A DNA stretch of 64,000 nucleotides. It comes from Candidatus Altimarinota bacterium. GTDB lineage: Bacteria; Patescibacteriota; Gracilibacteria; 1-14-2-50-48-13. Below, piece by piece: positions 10,553-20,514 of this stretch (its first letter is position 1; each line of letters starts with the position of its first letter). Position numbers and translations under genes: made by a program. Where the stretch lies: NCBI GenBank assembly GCA_046314355.1, contig JBKBWQ010000001.1, positions 576,001 through 640,000 on the forward strand. The letters are read 5' to 3'. The notes under the pieces are model-generated. The model saw only the letters and a program-made list of their open reading frames with translations, did no database searches and was not told the origin of the DNA.

Positions 10553-10642
10553 GGAGAGATGGCTGAGTGGTCGATAGCGGCGGTCTTGAAAACCGTTAGG
10601 TCCGCGAGGATCTCTAGGGTTCGAATCCCTATCTCTCCGCCA
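10553..10642 (+). tRNA. tRNA-Ser(TGA)
   Basis: GGAGAGA acceptor stem, anticodon loop CTTGAAA, long variable arm, GTTCGAATC T-loop, encoded CCA. Confidence 0.97.
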
Positions 10643-10822
10643 CACGCGTTTGACGCGGTAGAATCTAATGTAAAGACTAGTTATTAGGTTCTAGAAGAAA
10701 AGTATATTAGGTTCTGCCACTAGTTCCTGATTATATACTAGTCACCGTAGAAAGAATAAAAGAGTACGTATGAGCTACTAGTCTCTAGTAACTTGCACCA
10801 GGCTCTAGTCCCTACGAAGTCC

Positions 10823-10913
10823 GGAGGGGTACTCAAGTGGCTGAAGAGGCGGGTTTGCTAAACCTGTAGGGGGCGAAAGCCTCGCGAGGGTTCGAATCCC
10901 TCCCCCTCCGCCA
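10823..10913 (+). tRNA. tRNA-Ser(GCT)
   Basis: GGAGGGG acceptor stem, loop TTGCTAA, long variable arm, GTTCGAATC, encoded CCA. Confidence 0.97.
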
Positions 10914-10933
10914 TAAATTTTTTTCAAAAATTT

Positions 10934-11045
10934 GAGTAGTTAGTAATTAGTACTTCGTAATTAGAAGGCTATTTTTTTGTCTTAAGACGTAAAAAAATTT
11001 ATCCCTCACTACTAAGTACTCCAACTATCACTCTCACTCCGAGCC
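10934..11045. repeat. Degenerate heptamer inverted array related to the intergenic repeat family
   Basis: Left arm GAGTAGTTAGTAATTAGTACTTCGTAATTAG; right arm CACTACTAAGTACTCCAACTATCACTCTCACTCCGAGCC. Confidence 0.45.
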
Positions 11046-11081
11046 TTATTCCCCTCATTCAGATTCACTTAATTAAACCAA

Positions 11082-11121
11082 TTGACTATTTTATTTATTT
11101 CATATATACTTGATATATCAA
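11082..11121 (+). promoter_or_regulatory. sigma70 promoter with overlapping palindromic operator (probable MarR autoregulation)
   Basis: TTGACT (11082) -17- TATACT (11105); perfect palindrome TTGATATATCAA at 11110-11121. Confidence 0.7.
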
Positions 11122-11141
11122 CAATTAATCAAACACATATC

Positions 11142-11564
11142 ATGAAAGATTTAACCGCACTTACAAAGTTTTTTCTAACCTTAGCAAAGACCCAGACAAT
11201 TCTCACACGTAAATTTGACGGAAAGTTGGGCGGATTAAGTATGAGTGAGTTTATGATACTTTCTCATCTGCACGAAGCATCGGGTGAAAAGCTACGTCGA
11301 GTCGACCTTGCTGACAAAGTAGGTCTCACAGCTTCAGGGATCACCCGCATTCTTTTGCCCATGGAAAAGATAGGTCTTATAAAAAAAGAAACTAATGAGC
11401 GTGATGCAAGATCCAGCTATGTATTGCTAGCCTCTGGAGGCAAAGGAATGCTCACGGAAGCCATTGAAAGAGCTGAATTATTTTCACAGGACATCTTGCC
11501 AAACATTCCAGAAAAGAAACTTGAAGAAATGTCAGACATTCTCAATAAATTAAGCAGAATCTAA
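11142..11564 (+). CDS. MarR family transcriptional regulator
   Basis: 'LSMSEFMILSHL...DLADKVGLTASGITRILLPMEKIGLIKK...DARS' winged helix; start at MKDL (11142). Confidence 0.9.
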   Translation: MKDLTALTKFFLTLAKTQTILTRKFDGKLGGLSMSEFMILSHLHEASGEKLRRVDLADKVGLTASGITRILLPMEKIGLIKKETNERDARSSYVLLASGGKGMLTEAIERAELFSQDILPNIPEKKLEEMSDILNKLSRI

Positions 11565-11565
11565 A

Positions 11566-12084
11566 TTAGGTTTGTTTTAGATATTCCTTCAATGGAACAG
11601 TAAAAAGCAGTTCTCCTTCACTCTGAAAATCTAGAGTAGATTCTTTTCCAGTAAATATAAATCCATGCTTTTCATAAAATTTTTGGGCATGAATATTATA
11701 TGACGCAACATCACAATATATTTCCTCTCCTTTATACAGAGTAAATACTTTTTCAATCAGCAGCCCTCCTATTCCTCGTCCAATATACTCAGGATCTATA
11801 TAGATAGCACCTACTCTTCTTTTTCCTTCCATAACTGCTGGAGCAACAAATCCAACAATAATATTACTATTCTCAGCAACCCAAACTCCGTTTTCGATCC
11901 AGTCATATGTCCTAATTCTTTTCCTCCATCTCTCGGCACGCTCATCAAAATTAGAGAAAACTCTCTCTATTTTCTCTAATGTAATCCCACTCTCAGGATT
12001 TGGGTATGTAGCAAGCCAACTCTTCTTATGTACAGAAACGACACCAACCGCATCTTGCTCTTGTGCCTTTCTAACAACAACCAT
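11566..12084 (-). CDS. GNAT family N-acetyltransferase
   Basis: 'AIYIDPEYIGRGIGGLL' AcCoA motif A and 'N..AQKFYEKHGF'. Confidence 0.9.
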   Translation of the reverse strand: MVVVRKAQEQDAVGVVSVHKKSWLATYPNPESGITLEKIERVFSNFDERAERWRKRIRTYDWIENGVWVAENSNIIVGFVAPAVMEGKRRVGAIYIDPEYIGRGIGGLLIEKVFTLYKGEEIYCDVASYNIHAQKFYEKHGFIFTGKESTLDFQSEGELLFTVPLKEYLKQT

Positions 12085-12204
12085 AAATGAAGAAGAAGAT
12101 ATTTTTTGAATTATACAAAGTGTGTGATTTAAAATCAATAAGACTCATCTTCACAAGAAGTATATTTTTCATTATACTATCTGCAACTATCTTTACTCTC
12201 ATTT

Positions 12205-12468
12205 ATGTATTCTAGACTTCGTATTCTCTACCTCATTCTTCTAATTATAATAATACTAACATTTGTAGTATTCTTTTTTCAGAACCTGAACCTTACATCA
12301 ATGAGTTTTTTTCAGTGGAAAAATTTTATCCCATTGGGACTAGGTCTAGCATTTGCATTTCTTCTTGGTCTATTAACAGCCATTTTTGCAAATCTATTTA
12401 TCTCGGCAAATAGAGAATCTATGTTCGGAGAGGGTAACGACAGCCGTTTCCGGGACGAAGATTTATAA
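12205..12468 (+). CDS. LapA-like small membrane protein
   Basis: Two TM helices with 'FFFQN...PLGL...AFLLG'. Confidence 0.65.
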   Translation: MYSRLRILYLILLIIIILTFVVFFFQNLNLTSMSFFQWKNFIPLGLGLAFAFLLGLLTAIFANLFISANRESMFGEGNDSRFRDEDL

Positions 12469-12543
12469 AAATTTTCTGCTTGCAAAAAAGCCCCCCTTAT
12501 CTAGTATAAAAGTGCCTTAATTCTGCATACCTATTGTATACAC

Positions 12544-13119
12544 ATGCTCAAAGCACTTTTCAGTTCCAAGACACGTATAAAGCTTTTAAAGACTTTCCTT
12601 CTCAATCCTGATGAAGAATACTATGTCCGTGAACTAACACGAAATCTCGATGATCAGATCAATGGAATACGCAGAGAACTTGAAAATCTCAAGAAAATAG
12701 GATTACTCAAATTTAGAAATAAGGATAGAAAAAAGCATTATTTTGCCAATAAGGATTTTTTACTTTATCCAGAGCTCAGAAGTATATTTTTAAAAACCCT
12801 CACCGATAAAAAAGATATTGCAAGCTCTATTGCAGGACTTGGCAAAGTAGACTTTTTACTTCTCTCCGGTATTTTCGTAGGTAATGCAGAAGATGCTCAA
12901 GTTGACATGCTTATCGTTGGTGATATTGACCGGGATGCCTTATCAGATCTTGTAGAAGTACTTTCTGAAAACAATGAAGAAATAAGATATTCACTTATGA
13001 CTACAGAAAATTTCCAATACCGCATCCAGTACAAAGATTCCTTCGTTTTATCACTATTAAATGATAAGAAGAATACAGTTGCTATCAATAAACTGAAAAA
13101 GTTTTTGAAAAGCTCTTGA
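12544..13119 (+). CDS. Winged-HTH plus minimal nucleotidyltransferase-like protein
   Basis: 'LFSSKTRIKLL...YYVRELTR...RRELENLKKIGLL' wHTH; 'LSGIF...VDMLIVGD' Pol-beta/MNT-like strands. Confidence 0.7.
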   Translation: MLKALFSSKTRIKLLKTFLLNPDEEYYVRELTRNLDDQINGIRRELENLKKIGLLKFRNKDRKKHYFANKDFLLYPELRSIFLKTLTDKKDIASSIAGLGKVDFLLLSGIFVGNAEDAQVDMLIVGDIDRDALSDLVEVLSENNEEIRYSLMTTENFQYRIQYKDSFVLSLLNDKKNTVAINKLKKFLKSS

Positions 13120-13241
13120 TTTTAGTTTGTATTTTGAATAAAGTGTTCTTCGTATGTTCGTAGGTATTCATTACTTACACCAGAGGGACACACAACCATA
13201 GCGCACATTAATTATAGTTCTAACTTCGTAAAGCACCTGCC

Positions 13242-13706
13242 ATGACACACACGCTTGTACAAGAGTACCAGAAAAAGTACCAGAAAAAGAGCATCCCTGA
13301 GATCCGATCAGGTATGACAGTAAAAATCACTCAGAAATTTTTAGATGGTTCTAAGGAACGTCAGCAGGTGTTCCAGGGAGTTGTTATCAAGACTCATGAG
13401 AAGACATCTCTTCAGGCTACATTTACAGTTCGAAAGATTGTAGATGGAATCGGAGTAGAAAAGATCTTCCCTATTCATTCAGATATGATTGAAATAGAAG
13501 TTGTGAAGTTTGGTAAGGTAAGAAAAGCTCAGCTTCATTATCTTCGAGAAAGAGCAGGAAAATCAGCTCGACTTAAGGACAAGAACAAAGAGTTTGCAGA
13601 ATTGGTTGTACTCCCAGAAGACAAGAAAGCAGTATCTATGAAAAAAGAGGAAGCAGTAGTAGAAGCTCCTGCAGAAGAGGCGAAGACTGAGAAGACAGCT
13701 GAATAA
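13242..13706 (+). CDS. rplS: 50S ribosomal protein L19
   Basis: 'ERQQVFQGVVI...TFTVRKIVDGIGVEKIFP...GKVRKAQLHYLR'. Confidence 0.97.
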   Translation: MTHTLVQEYQKKYQKKSIPEIRSGMTVKITQKFLDGSKERQQVFQGVVIKTHEKTSLQATFTVRKIVDGIGVEKIFPIHSDMIEIEVVKFGKVRKAQLHYLRERAGKSARLKDKNKEFAELVVLPEDKKAVSMKKEEAVVEAPAEEAKTEKTAE

Positions 13707-13722
13707 TAGACTTCTGAAAAGT

Positions 13723-13760
13723 AAAAAGATCATTCATCTAAAAGTGAATGATCTTTTTTT
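13723..13760 (+). terminator. Intrinsic terminator after rplS
   Basis: AAAAAGATCATTCA...TGAATGATCTTTTTTT. Confidence 0.75.
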
Positions 13761-13819
13761 ATGAATTAACAATAAAAGTATTTTCCTTATAATAGGTATA
13801 CATATTTTTGATACACGAA

Positions 13820-14974
13820 ATGTCTGTAAAACATATAACACTTGTAGGAAGTTTTGGAGCAAGCAACATAGGTGATGAAGCAATCTTGGAAAGTACCCTT
13901 CAGATGCTTCATACCCATTCAGAATCATTAGGCATACATGTTCTTTCCCCAACACCAGAAGATACACAGGAGTTCTATCACGCTTATAGCGTGACCTCTT
14001 CCGTTCCCATACCCTTTGGTGTGCGGAGTATCATCAAAAAAAGCCCGGCATTTATCAAATCACTGAAAATACTGCGCTCAACAGATATAGTATTCTTTCC
14101 AGGAGGTGGTCTTTTCACAGACAATGAAAGCATCTACGCTGTACTACTTTGGGCATTGCATTTTTTCTTTTTTAAATTTTTACTAGGAAAAAAAGTAGTT
14201 TTTGGAGGTCAGAGTATCGGTCCATTAAAATCATTCCTGGCAAAAAATATTACACGGTGGGTACTTGCATCTAGTGACGGTTTTTTTGTCCGAGATGAAG
14301 AATCTCTACTCTGTATCAAGAAAGAATTTCCAAAGTATGTAAGTAAAGTATCTCTATTACTCGATCCGGTATGCTTTATTGATACTAGTGTAGAGCATAA
14401 AGGAGTTTTCACCACTACCAAGAAACCTCTTCAGATTGCACTCTCGCTTCGTCCGTGGCACGGATCAGAACATAAGCTCATACATGCATTAGGAAAAATA
14501 TTTAAGAAGATATCAGAGACGCAGCCTATACATCTACATTTGATACCAATGCAGTATAAAGGCAGTGAAGATATAACTCCCCTGCAGCATATGTCTTATG
14601 TCCTGCATGAAATGAACATTCCTTCCACCTTACATGCACCTAGATCTTATACAGAGGTATTACAGATTCTTTCAGACTGTCAGGCATCTATCGGAATGCG
14701 GCTCCATTTTCTGATACTTAGTGCCTTAAGTCATACACCACTACTTGCGCTATCATATAGTACAAAAGTGGAAGGATTTTTAAAAAGAATCAATCTGCAT
14801 TCTTCATTCAATATAGCTTCTTTACATACAGCAGAGCTTGAAGCTACGGTGGAGCATTTTATTAAATCATATTCAGATCAGCAGACTTATCTGGATGTAT
14901 TTATAGCACAAACAAAAGCTAAAAAAGACATAGAAGCTAACACCTTGCTATCTGCATTAGGATTAGTAAGATAA
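13820..14974 (+). CDS. Polysaccharide pyruvyl transferase (CsaB/WcaK-like)
   Basis: 'GSFGASNIGDEAIL', 'GGGLFTD', 'QSIGP', 'VRDEES', 'GMRLH...LSYSTKV'. Confidence 0.9.
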   Translation: MSVKHITLVGSFGASNIGDEAILESTLQMLHTHSESLGIHVLSPTPEDTQEFYHAYSVTSSVPIPFGVRSIIKKSPAFIKSLKILRSTDIVFFPGGGLFTDNESIYAVLLWALHFFFFKFLLGKKVVFGGQSIGPLKSFLAKNITRWVLASSDGFFVRDEESLLCIKKEFPKYVSKVSLLLDPVCFIDTSVEHKGVFTTTKKPLQIALSLRPWHGSEHKLIHALGKIFKKISETQPIHLHLIPMQYKGSEDITPLQHMSYVLHEMNIPSTLHAPRSYTEVLQILSDCQASIGMRLHFLILSALSHTPLLALSYSTKVEGFLKRINLHSSFNIASLHTAELEATVEHFIKSYSDQQTYLDVFIAQTKAKKDIEANTLLSALGLVR

Positions 14975-15043
14975 CCGATACAATTCCTATTATAAAAATA
15001 CCTCTCTTAAAAGAGAAAAGATTATCTTAGTTTTATACAAAAA

Positions 15044-15733
15044 TTACAGCCACTTCTTGGCAACAAGACCATTAAAAGCTGCATCTTCTTCAGCTTTTCT
15101 TTTGCTTGTTCCAGTCCCCTCTGACACTTTCTCATGCTGCAGAAATAGTCCCATAATAAATTTCTTATCATGATCAGGTCCTTCGTTAGCAATCATGGAA
15201 TAGTGCGGCGTAATACCTAAAACATCCTGAGCAATCTCCTGAAATTTTGATTTACTGTCCACATACAGTTTTTGTCCTACTATATCTTCAACATCATGAA
15301 GCAAGTATTTATTAATAAATACTTCAGCTGCTTTCATCCCCTGATCAAGATATATAGCACCTATTAGCGCCTCTACAGTGTTTGCAAGAATATAATCCTT
15401 TTGACTTCCCCCTGAAAGCGCCTCTCCCCTACTCAGAAGCAGTCTAGAGCCAAGATCAAGTTCCTTAGCAGCAGCAGCAAGATGCTCTCTTCGCACTAGT
15501 GCAGACCTCACAGCAGTAAGCTCTCCCTCTGTCATCTGTCTGTATTTTTTATACAAAAATTCTGTAGCAACTAGTTCCAGTACGGCATCTCCTAAAAACT
15601 CAAGACGCTCATTGGATTCTGGAGCTTCATTATATTCATTCAGGAAAGAACGGTGAATAAACACCTTTTCTAAAAGGTGTTTATCCTTAAAAACTATTTC
15701 TATTGCCTGCTCTACTGTAGAAAAGTCCCTCAT
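15044..15733 (-). CDS. rnc: Ribonuclease III
   Basis: 'NERLEFLGDAVL' signature and a C-terminal dsRBD. Confidence 0.97.
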   Translation of the reverse strand: MRDFSTVEQAIEIVFKDKHLLEKVFIHRSFLNEYNEAPESNERLEFLGDAVLELVATEFLYKKYRQMTEGELTAVRSALVRREHLAAAAKELDLGSRLLLSRGEALSGGSQKDYILANTVEALIGAIYLDQGMKAAEVFINKYLLHDVEDIVGQKLYVDSKSKFQEIAQDVLGITPHYSMIANEGPDHDKKFIMGLFLQHEKVSEGTGTSKRKAEEDAAFNGLVAKKWL

Positions 15734-15757
15734 AAAAAGAAAAAATAATACACCTAC

Positions 15758-16192
15758 TTAGTCCTGTTTATCAGAGGTTTTAATCTTCTGAAAAATTGTA
15801 TTAAGAACGCCATTCACAAATTTTGAGCTTGTCTCACTGCCGTAGTTTTTTGCAAGCTCGACTGCCTCATTGATAGCAACAACCTCTGGTACTTCTTTAT
15901 TGAAAAGTATCTCAAAGATACCGATATATAAAATACATCGGTCTATGAGTGCAATTTTTTCCAATGGCCATTCAGGAGCAAAGTCTCTGATATGCTGTTC
16001 AATAGTTTCTAGATTTTTATCTATACCTTCCAATATTAGCTGTGTGAATTCCAGCTTCTTATCTTGATACTCATAAAAATGTCTATTGTTTTCTGTAAGA
16101 ACATCCAGCAAGGGCTTATTTCTTTCACGAAACTCCCACGTATAAAGAGTTTTGAGCGCAAATTCACGACCCACATGTCTATTAATCTTCAT
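15758..16192 (-). CDS. nusB: Transcription antitermination factor NusB
   Basis: 'VAINEAVELAKNYG...FVNGVL'. Confidence 0.95.
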   Translation of the reverse strand: MKINRHVGREFALKTLYTWEFRERNKPLLDVLTENNRHFYEYQDKKLEFTQLILEGIDKNLETIEQHIRDFAPEWPLEKIALIDRCILYIGIFEILFNKEVPEVVAINEAVELAKNYGSETSSKFVNGVLNTIFQKIKTSDKQD

Positions 16193-16246
16193 GCCTTCTG
16201 GATAAAAGAAATTTCAAAGAATCAATACATTGTACTATACTTAAGC

Positions 16247-16477
16247 TTATGCTTCAATAGTAGTTACTTTACTAGTCTTATCTTTCATGATGAGTACCTG
16301 ACGTCCGCGGTAGAATCCGCAAGCCTTACAAGCATTGTGAAGCATTCTCTTCTCTCCACAATTCTTACAATCAACAAGTCTAAGAGCGTTTGTAAGCTTC
16401 TTACTTCTCATTCGTACATATGCTCCGTATCGCTGTCTTGATCGTACTTTCGATAACTTTTTCTTTGGTGCTGCCAT
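16247..16477 (-). CDS. rpmF: 50S ribosomal protein L32
   Basis: 'MAAPKKKLSK', CxxC...CxxCGFYRG. Confidence 0.95.
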   Translation of the reverse strand: MAAPKKKLSKVRSRQRYGAYVRMRSKKLTNALRLVDCKNCGEKRMLHNACKACGFYRGRQVLIMKDKTSKVTTIEA

Positions 16478-16555
16478 GGTGTATTATTACGTAGAAAACA
16501 AAAAATATACGGACGAATGGTACTTGAAATAGTGGGAGAATGCAAGAGAATGTGA

Positions 16556-16607
16556 GGGGCTCGAGTAATTAAGTAATTAGTAATTAAAACATATATAATA
16601 ATTACTT
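16556..16607. repeat. Partial copy of the intergenic repeat family
   Basis: GGGGCTCGAGTAATTAAGTAATTAGTAATT...AATTAC between divergent genes. Confidence 0.55.
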
Positions 16608-16788
16608 TATTTATCAGTGCCTATTCGGTGAAATTATGAGTATGAGAGTTAAATTTTGTATCACCAAAAGGCATCTTTTTCGCTCTTATTTGTGTACAAT
16701 ATAAGTATATTCAGTCTATTTTTACGCTCAAGCTGAAAATATTTTTATAAAAATTATAGTACACTGTATATACATTAACTCCACCTGC

Positions 16789-17706
16789 ATGAATTTTTTA
16801 GAAGCGAGTAAAGATATTGAGCAAATTATTTCCTGTACAGAAGTCCGTCTTACTGATGATCTAAAAAAAGCATATCAAGATGAACCAGGCACATGGGAGA
16901 TGTTTGAGAAAAATGACGCTCAGGCAAATATTTACAAGATACGTTATAGGTCTCAAATGCATGAAGTCGTCGGATATATAGTGGAACCGAAAAATATACA
17001 AAATCCCCTTCCTTGTATTGTTTATAATAGAGGTGGTTCAAGAGAGTTTGGGATGATCAAACGAGGACATTTGTTTGGATCCATAGCAGAAATGGCAAAT
17101 TGGGGCTATATCGTCATTGCATCACAATATTCAGGAAACGATGGTGGTGAAGGAAAAGATGAATTTGGAGGAAACGATATTAAAGATGTTGAAAATCTTT
17201 ACTTAATACTTGAGCAATATAGAAATGCCGATACTTTAAGGATAGGCATGTATGGAGGTAGTCGCGGAGGTATGATGACTTATCAGATGCTCACGAGAGT
17301 AGACTGGATCAAGGCAGCTGTTACTAGAGCAGGAACCGCAAATATATTTAGAAATCAGAGAGAACGTCCTATAGGGATGAAAAAAACACAGGAGGAAATG
17401 TTTGGCCCTTCCCGCGAGGAAAAAATTAAGCGTTCTGCACTCTACTGGCCTGAAAAATTTCCGAAGGATGTACCAATACTAATGATGCATGGAACAGCAG
17501 ACTGGAGAGTAAACCCTTTAGACAGTATAGATCTATCAAAGAAATTTCTAAAATTAAAGATTCCGCATCGGCTTGCTCTTTTTGAAGGGGCAGATCATGG
17601 AATTACAGAGTTTAGAGAAGAAACATTGCGAATGACGAAAGACTGGTTTCATAAGTATGTGAGAGATCTTGCCTCATTGCCAAATATGGAACTACATGGG
17701 AATTGA
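16789..17706 (+). CDS. S9 family (prolyl oligopeptidase-like) serine peptidase
   Basis: GGSRGG nucleophile elbow, 'HGTADWRV' Asp and 'GADHG' His. Confidence 0.9.
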   Translation: MNFLEASKDIEQIISCTEVRLTDDLKKAYQDEPGTWEMFEKNDAQANIYKIRYRSQMHEVVGYIVEPKNIQNPLPCIVYNRGGSREFGMIKRGHLFGSIAEMANWGYIVIASQYSGNDGGEGKDEFGGNDIKDVENLYLILEQYRNADTLRIGMYGGSRGGMMTYQMLTRVDWIKAAVTRAGTANIFRNQRERPIGMKKTQEEMFGPSREEKIKRSALYWPEKFPKDVPILMMHGTADWRVNPLDSIDLSKKFLKLKIPHRLALFEGADHGITEFREETLRMTKDWFHKYVRDLASLPNMELHGN

Positions 17707-17760
17707 GGAGAAATAGGAAATAGGTTGCACCTAATTCTTATTTCCTATTTCCTCTAATTC
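17705..17760. repeat. Heptamer inverted repeat (GAAATAG x2 / TATTTCC x2)
   Basis: GAGGAGAAATAGGAAATAGG...TATTTCCTATTTCCTC. Confidence 0.55.
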
Positions 17761-17802
17761 TCTTTACACTTCCTATATTTCCAGTACAATTCTCCTGTGT
17801 TT

Positions 17803-17933
17803 GTCACAGACAGTAGGTTTACCTCACCCGAGGTAAGTAAGTCCTACCGAGATAAAACAGTAGTATTAAAGTACAATTTGTATCTTTCATATATCTGTAA
17901 AACGTCTCGTATCAAGCACGACGTTATTTTTTT
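17803..17933 (+). promoter_or_regulatory. L10 leader (ribosomal protein autoregulatory RNA)
   Basis: AGACAGTAGG...TAA..CCTACCGAG consensus upstream of rplJ, followed by a hairpin and T-run. Confidence 0.8.
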
Positions 17934-17954
17934 ATTTACTAGCAGGATTGCACT

Positions 17955-18479
17955 ATGGCAGTTACACGGTCCAAAAAGGAATCAATCCTCGCTGATTTGA
18001 ATGACAAATTTGCAAAAGCAGTTTTAACTGTTTTCGTGAAGAATAATGGCCTTTCAATGAAAGAGATCAATGAGCTTAGAGCTCTCCTCCGACAGGAAGA
18101 TGCTACATTCAAAATTGCAAAGAAGACGCTTATGAAGCTTGCCATCGCGGAGAACAAACTCCCTGAGGTAGCTGATGAGATCTTCGATGGTCCTGTAGGA
18201 GTCACTTTCGGCTTCAAAGATCAGGTATCAGCGGCAAAAATCATTGCAAACTATGCAAAGACTCATGACAAACTTGAACTCGTAGGAGGAATCCTCGAAG
18301 GAAAAGTTCTCAGTCGTGATGATGTTGCAGCACTTGCAAAACTTCCAGGAAGACAAGAGCTTCTCGGAATGCTCGTGGGAACTATGCAAGCACCTATTCA
18401 GGGATTTGCTTCAGTACTCGCTGGCAACATGCGCAACTTTGTATCAGTTCTTGATCAGGTTGCAAAGCAGAAGGCGTAA
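17955..18479 (+). CDS. rplJ: 50S ribosomal protein L10
   Basis: 'KKTLMKLA', 'LAKLPGRQELLGMLVGTMQAP'. Confidence 0.97.
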   Translation: MAVTRSKKESILADLNDKFAKAVLTVFVKNNGLSMKEINELRALLRQEDATFKIAKKTLMKLAIAENKLPEVADEIFDGPVGVTFGFKDQVSAAKIIANYAKTHDKLELVGGILEGKVLSRDDVAALAKLPGRQELLGMLVGTMQAPIQGFASVLAGNMRNFVSVLDQVAKQKA

Positions 18480-18553
18480 TACGCCAACCATGAACCACTC
18501 CCTATCGGTCGGGTACATGGTAAAATTTTATCTCACAATTAATAAGTACCAAC

Positions 18554-18946
18554 ATGGCAGACTTATCAGCAAATTCACAGAAAATTTTAGATCTTGTTAA
18601 GGACCTTTCAGTTCTTGAGCTTTCTCAGCTTGTAAAAGCTATGGAAGAAGAGTTCGGAGTAACTGCAGCAGCACCTATGATGATGGGAGCTATGCCAGCA
18701 GCTGGAGGAGATGCAGGAGCAGCAGCTGAGGAGAAGACAGCATTCGATGTTATCCTTACAGCAGCAGGAGCACAGAAGATCGGAGTAATTAAGGTAGTAC
18801 GAGAGCTTACTGCTCTTGGACTTAAAGAGGCTAAGGACCTTGTAGACGGAGCACCTAAGGCAGTTAAAGAAGGTGTGAAGAAAGAAGAGGCTGAGTCTAT
18901 CAAAGCTAAGCTTGAAGAGGCTGGAGCATCTGTAGAGATCAAATAA
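18554..18946 (+). CDS. rplL: 50S ribosomal protein L7/L12
   Basis: '[10 protein letters not shown]...[14 protein letters not shown]'. Confidence 0.98.
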   Translation: MADLSANSQKILDLVKDLSVLELSQLVKAMEEEFGVTAAAPMMMGAMPAAGGDAGAAAEEKTAFDVILTAAGAQKIGVIKVVRELTALGLKEAKDLVDGAPKAVKEGVKKEEAESIKAKLEEAGASVEIK

Positions 18947-18960
18947 TTGAACTCTTAGAG

Positions 18961-18993
18961 AAAAAGCACTTCCAGAAATGGAGGTGCTTTTTT
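18961..18993. terminator. Bidirectional intrinsic terminator
   Basis: AAAAAGCACTTCC-AGAAAT-GGAGGTGCTTTTTT. Confidence 0.8.
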
Positions 18994-19020
18994 AGTATAC
19001 AATTCTTTTTGTTTGTATTA

Positions 19021-19530
19021 CTACTTTATAATTTTTATCCTATCCCCTACATAAGGAGATTTTGATAAGTTTTTAATCACTTCGTTATTATAGATTGATT
19101 TTTCTACAATTAATTCAGCAATTTCTAACCCAACTTTAAATTTTTTTGTCCTTTCATCAAAAATATTCAGAGTGCTTTCAGATTTTTCCAACAATTCAAT
19201 CTCTTTCTTTTTAAAATACTCATCATACCTTTGAAAGATATTCATTAATCTTTCAGAGATACCTATCAATATCTTAAGATATGAGACGCAGGAGTGATTA
19301 GCAATAATTACTAAAACATCCTCAGCTTCACACTCTTTATGCTCCAAAGCTGCTATAAGCACCTTTGTGTCAGCATGATAATTTCTTAAGGCAGACTTTA
19401 AACCTTCCTTCGTATGCGTGAGTAGAAGAAGAGTAACAATTTCATCTCCAGTCTGTACCTTAGAGAACACCTCTCTTTCTTTTCTTTCGATTTCCTTCTC
19501 TAACTCTGATTTAATATCAGTTTGTCCCAT
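19021..19530 (-). CDS. Hypothetical protein (AT-rich orphan)
   Basis: 169-aa ORF with a GGAG ribosome-binding site, an upstream TTGACA and a very AT-rich upstream region. Confidence 0.65.
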   Translation of the reverse strand: MGQTDIKSELEKEIERKEREVFSKVQTGDEIVTLLLLTHTKEGLKSALRNYHADTKVLIAALEHKECEAEDVLVIIANHSCVSYLKILIGISERLMNIFQRYDEYFKKKEIELLEKSESTLNIFDERTKKFKVGLEIAELIVEKSIYNNEVIKNLSKSPYVGDRIKIIK

Positions 19531-19852
19531 ATTGATCTCCTTTTTTCATAATGTAGCAGATATATACCGCTCCTAGACAAAATAATATGTTAATTTACCC
19601 AGAAGCAATATATAGAACACTACATCCAAACTATAAAAGATCTGTCTTTTTGTTTTAACAGAGGATATTCAGAAAATAGAACATGTCAATATATATACAT
19701 AAACACATTATATTTTTTTATATTACATTAAAAAATAACAATAGTACTATATAAATTATATTTCATAATAGTATATTTAAAATCAGCAATAGACAAATAT
19801 ATTTTTATTGTTCTTTATTTAATACAAAGTCCACAATATCTAAAATTTATTA

Positions 19853-20461
19853 TTATATTATTTTACTATTTAAAAGCATTTGAAACTTTTCAACTAATCC
19901 CGCATCTCTTCGCTTTCTTTCTTCATTATCAAGCTTAGACCACACTTTATTAAACCCCTCTGGTACAAATACATTTCCTATCGGATAACCCTTATCAAAG
20001 TCCTTATTTTCAAAGTATTTCATATGGATAATTCCATGAATTTCTTCTGTAATTACCTGTATATTTCCATTGATTTCAGCAAGTGCAATTGCCCATTTAA
20101 AGTATGCGTGGATCTCTTCTTTTTCTAGAGACGTAATTTGAGAATAAAAATACTCCATCCAGTCTTCATCAGATACAGTATCTGGAAGCTCTCCTCCCCA
20201 CCTTCGTACTGCAACTCCAGGCAAACTATTTAGATCTGGTATATAAAATCCTACGTCATTGCTAAAACTCAAAATGCCTGATCTTTCCATATAAAAGCGG
20301 GCTTTATGTTTGGCATTCTCTATAAGAGACATCATCCCTTCTTCTGGTACATCATTAATCCCAAACATATCAGGAGAAAATAATTCAAAGTCACTTAAGT
20401 GCTCTTCCCAGTGCTTTTTCTTACCAGGATTATTGGTCCCTATTAGTAACTGTCTTTTCAT
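19853..20461 (-). CDS. Non-canonical purine NTP pyrophosphatase (Ham1/RdgB family)
   Basis: 'GTNNPGK', 'ENAKHKA', 'DVGFYIPDLNSLPGV'. Confidence 0.8.
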   Translation of the reverse strand: MKRQLLIGTNNPGKKKHWEEHLSDFELFSPDMFGINDVPEEGMMSLIENAKHKARFYMERSGILSFSNDVGFYIPDLNSLPGVAVRRWGGELPDTVSDEDWMEYFYSQITSLEKEEIHAYFKWAIALAEINGNIQVITEEIHGIIHMKYFENKDFDKGYPIGNVFVPEGFNKVWSKLDNEERKRRDAGLVEKFQMLLNSKII

Positions 20462-20514
20462 AAAAATTTATATAAAAAAATACCTCATTTCTGAGGTATT
20501 TTTACTTGTATGAC

